Source: Thermovirgaceae bacterium (GTDB lineage: Bacteria > Synergistota > Synergistia > Synergistales > Thermovirgaceae). Taken from it: DNA of 64,000 nt. The position numbers and the translations under genes are program-made. Location of the stretch: NCBI GenBank assembly GCA_040770625.1, contig JAXGIW010000001.1, forward strand, positions 435,263 to 499,262, written 5' to 3'. Below, in pieces: positions 63,317 to 64,000 of this stretch (position 1 is its first letter; each line of letters opens with the position of its first letter). The notes under the pieces are model-generated. The model was not told the DNA's origin, did not search any database, and saw only the letters and a program-made list of their open reading frames with translations.

Positions 63317-63928
63317 ATGAGCAGAAGGACTGTTACAGTTTTTGCCGTGCTGGTTTTTCTTTCGGGAGGGGTGCTGGGCTGGGTGAGGTTCAGCCCGGTA
63401 ACTCCCCTGTCCGAAGAAGAGAACCGTGAGATCCCGGGAGCTGTATCTCCGGAGATGGATGGGCTACCGAAAGCCGATGAAAGGATGTGGGCCTCCCCGG
63501 GAGGTCGGGAAGAGGCTCCTGAGAAGCATGATTTCCGTCCGGCCACGGGAGAACCCTTCAGCAGAAGTGACCTCGAGGCCTCCCAAACCCGATCTTGCGA
63601 TATCATCCCTGAGAGATCCGAAAGAGCTGTATTCGATCCCGGGACCATACACCCGGCCGTCGGGGATGTGGCCGAGCAGGCCCGGGAGATGGTCGAGGAT
63701 CTGGACAGGAGGACCCTGGAGAACACGAAAAAGGTCCTGGAAGCTATCCCCTTTGTTGAGATCATCCCCGAAAAGGCAGAGTTGCGCCCCTCCGGTGACG
63801 GGGTGAAACTGACAATAACAGTGGATCCCCAGAACATCTCTTTCGGGGGAAAGGCCCGAAATGCCGGAACCCCCGCCGAAGAAACAGCATCGGGGGACGA
63901 GGGACTCCAGGAAGAACAAGCGCAGTGA
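63317..63928 (+). CDS. membrane-anchored acidic hypothetical protein
   Basis: N-terminal TM VTVFAVLVFLSGGVLGWV. The rest is acidic and low complexity. No family recognised. Confidence 0.4.
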   Translation: MSRRTVTVFAVLVFLSGGVLGWVRFSPVTPLSEEENREIPGAVSPEMDGLPKADERMWASPGGREEAPEKHDFRPATGEPFSRSDLEASQTRSCDIIPERSERAVFDPGTIHPAVGDVAEQAREMVEDLDRRTLENTKKVLEAIPFVEIIPEKAELRPSGDGVKLTITVDPQNISFGGKARNAGTPAEETASGDEGLQEEQAQ

Positions 63929-64000
63929 TCCATGTTTTACAGACCCCCGGGAGATAGATCTTCCGGGACAAGACAATGGAGGTGTTCAAGTGATGAAAAG

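Overview
High-GC bacterial chromosomal window (about 60-65% GC on hand-counted lines) covering the replication-origin neighbourhood and then a long run of anaerobic amino-acid catabolism and transport genes. The origin part has dnaA-dnaN-recF-mnmG-DUF721 on the minus strand and rsmG-parA-parB about 11 kb to the right. It also has two parS palindromes and several DnaA-box clusters. The rest includes five aminotransferase/PLP genes, a mirrored buk-ptb/ptb-buk duplication, ortAB plus a racemase, a TRAP transporter, amidohydrolases and a tungsten-type aldehyde:ferredoxin oxidoreductase with its radical-SAM maturase and MoaD. An EncFtn-encapsulin operon is also present. The TamB-like protein plus the fermentative gene content suggests a diderm amino-acid fermenter such as Synergistota; this is inference only. 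I saw no rRNA, tRNA, CRISPR array, transposase or integrase. All calls come from motifs read in the supplied ORF translations and from reading the DNA; no searches were run. I cannot point to one clear novel system. The best candidates for a second look are: (1) a family of mosaic, heptad-periodic intergenic repeats at seven or more loci, including a two-copy conserved unit of about 90-120 nt; (2) a 4.3 kb low-GC island (symporter, amidohydrolase, creatininase-family gene, small ORFs) preceded by a promoter, a structured leader and an intrinsic terminator; (3) an ortAB-racemase cluster lacking oraSE/ord but joined to TRAP, amidohydrolase and cupin genes; (4) an uncharacterised HerA/FtsK-like ATPase of about 806 aa with small flanking ORFs at the right edge. 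Many long ORFs in the track are antisense shadows of real genes in GC-rich DNA and were ignored.
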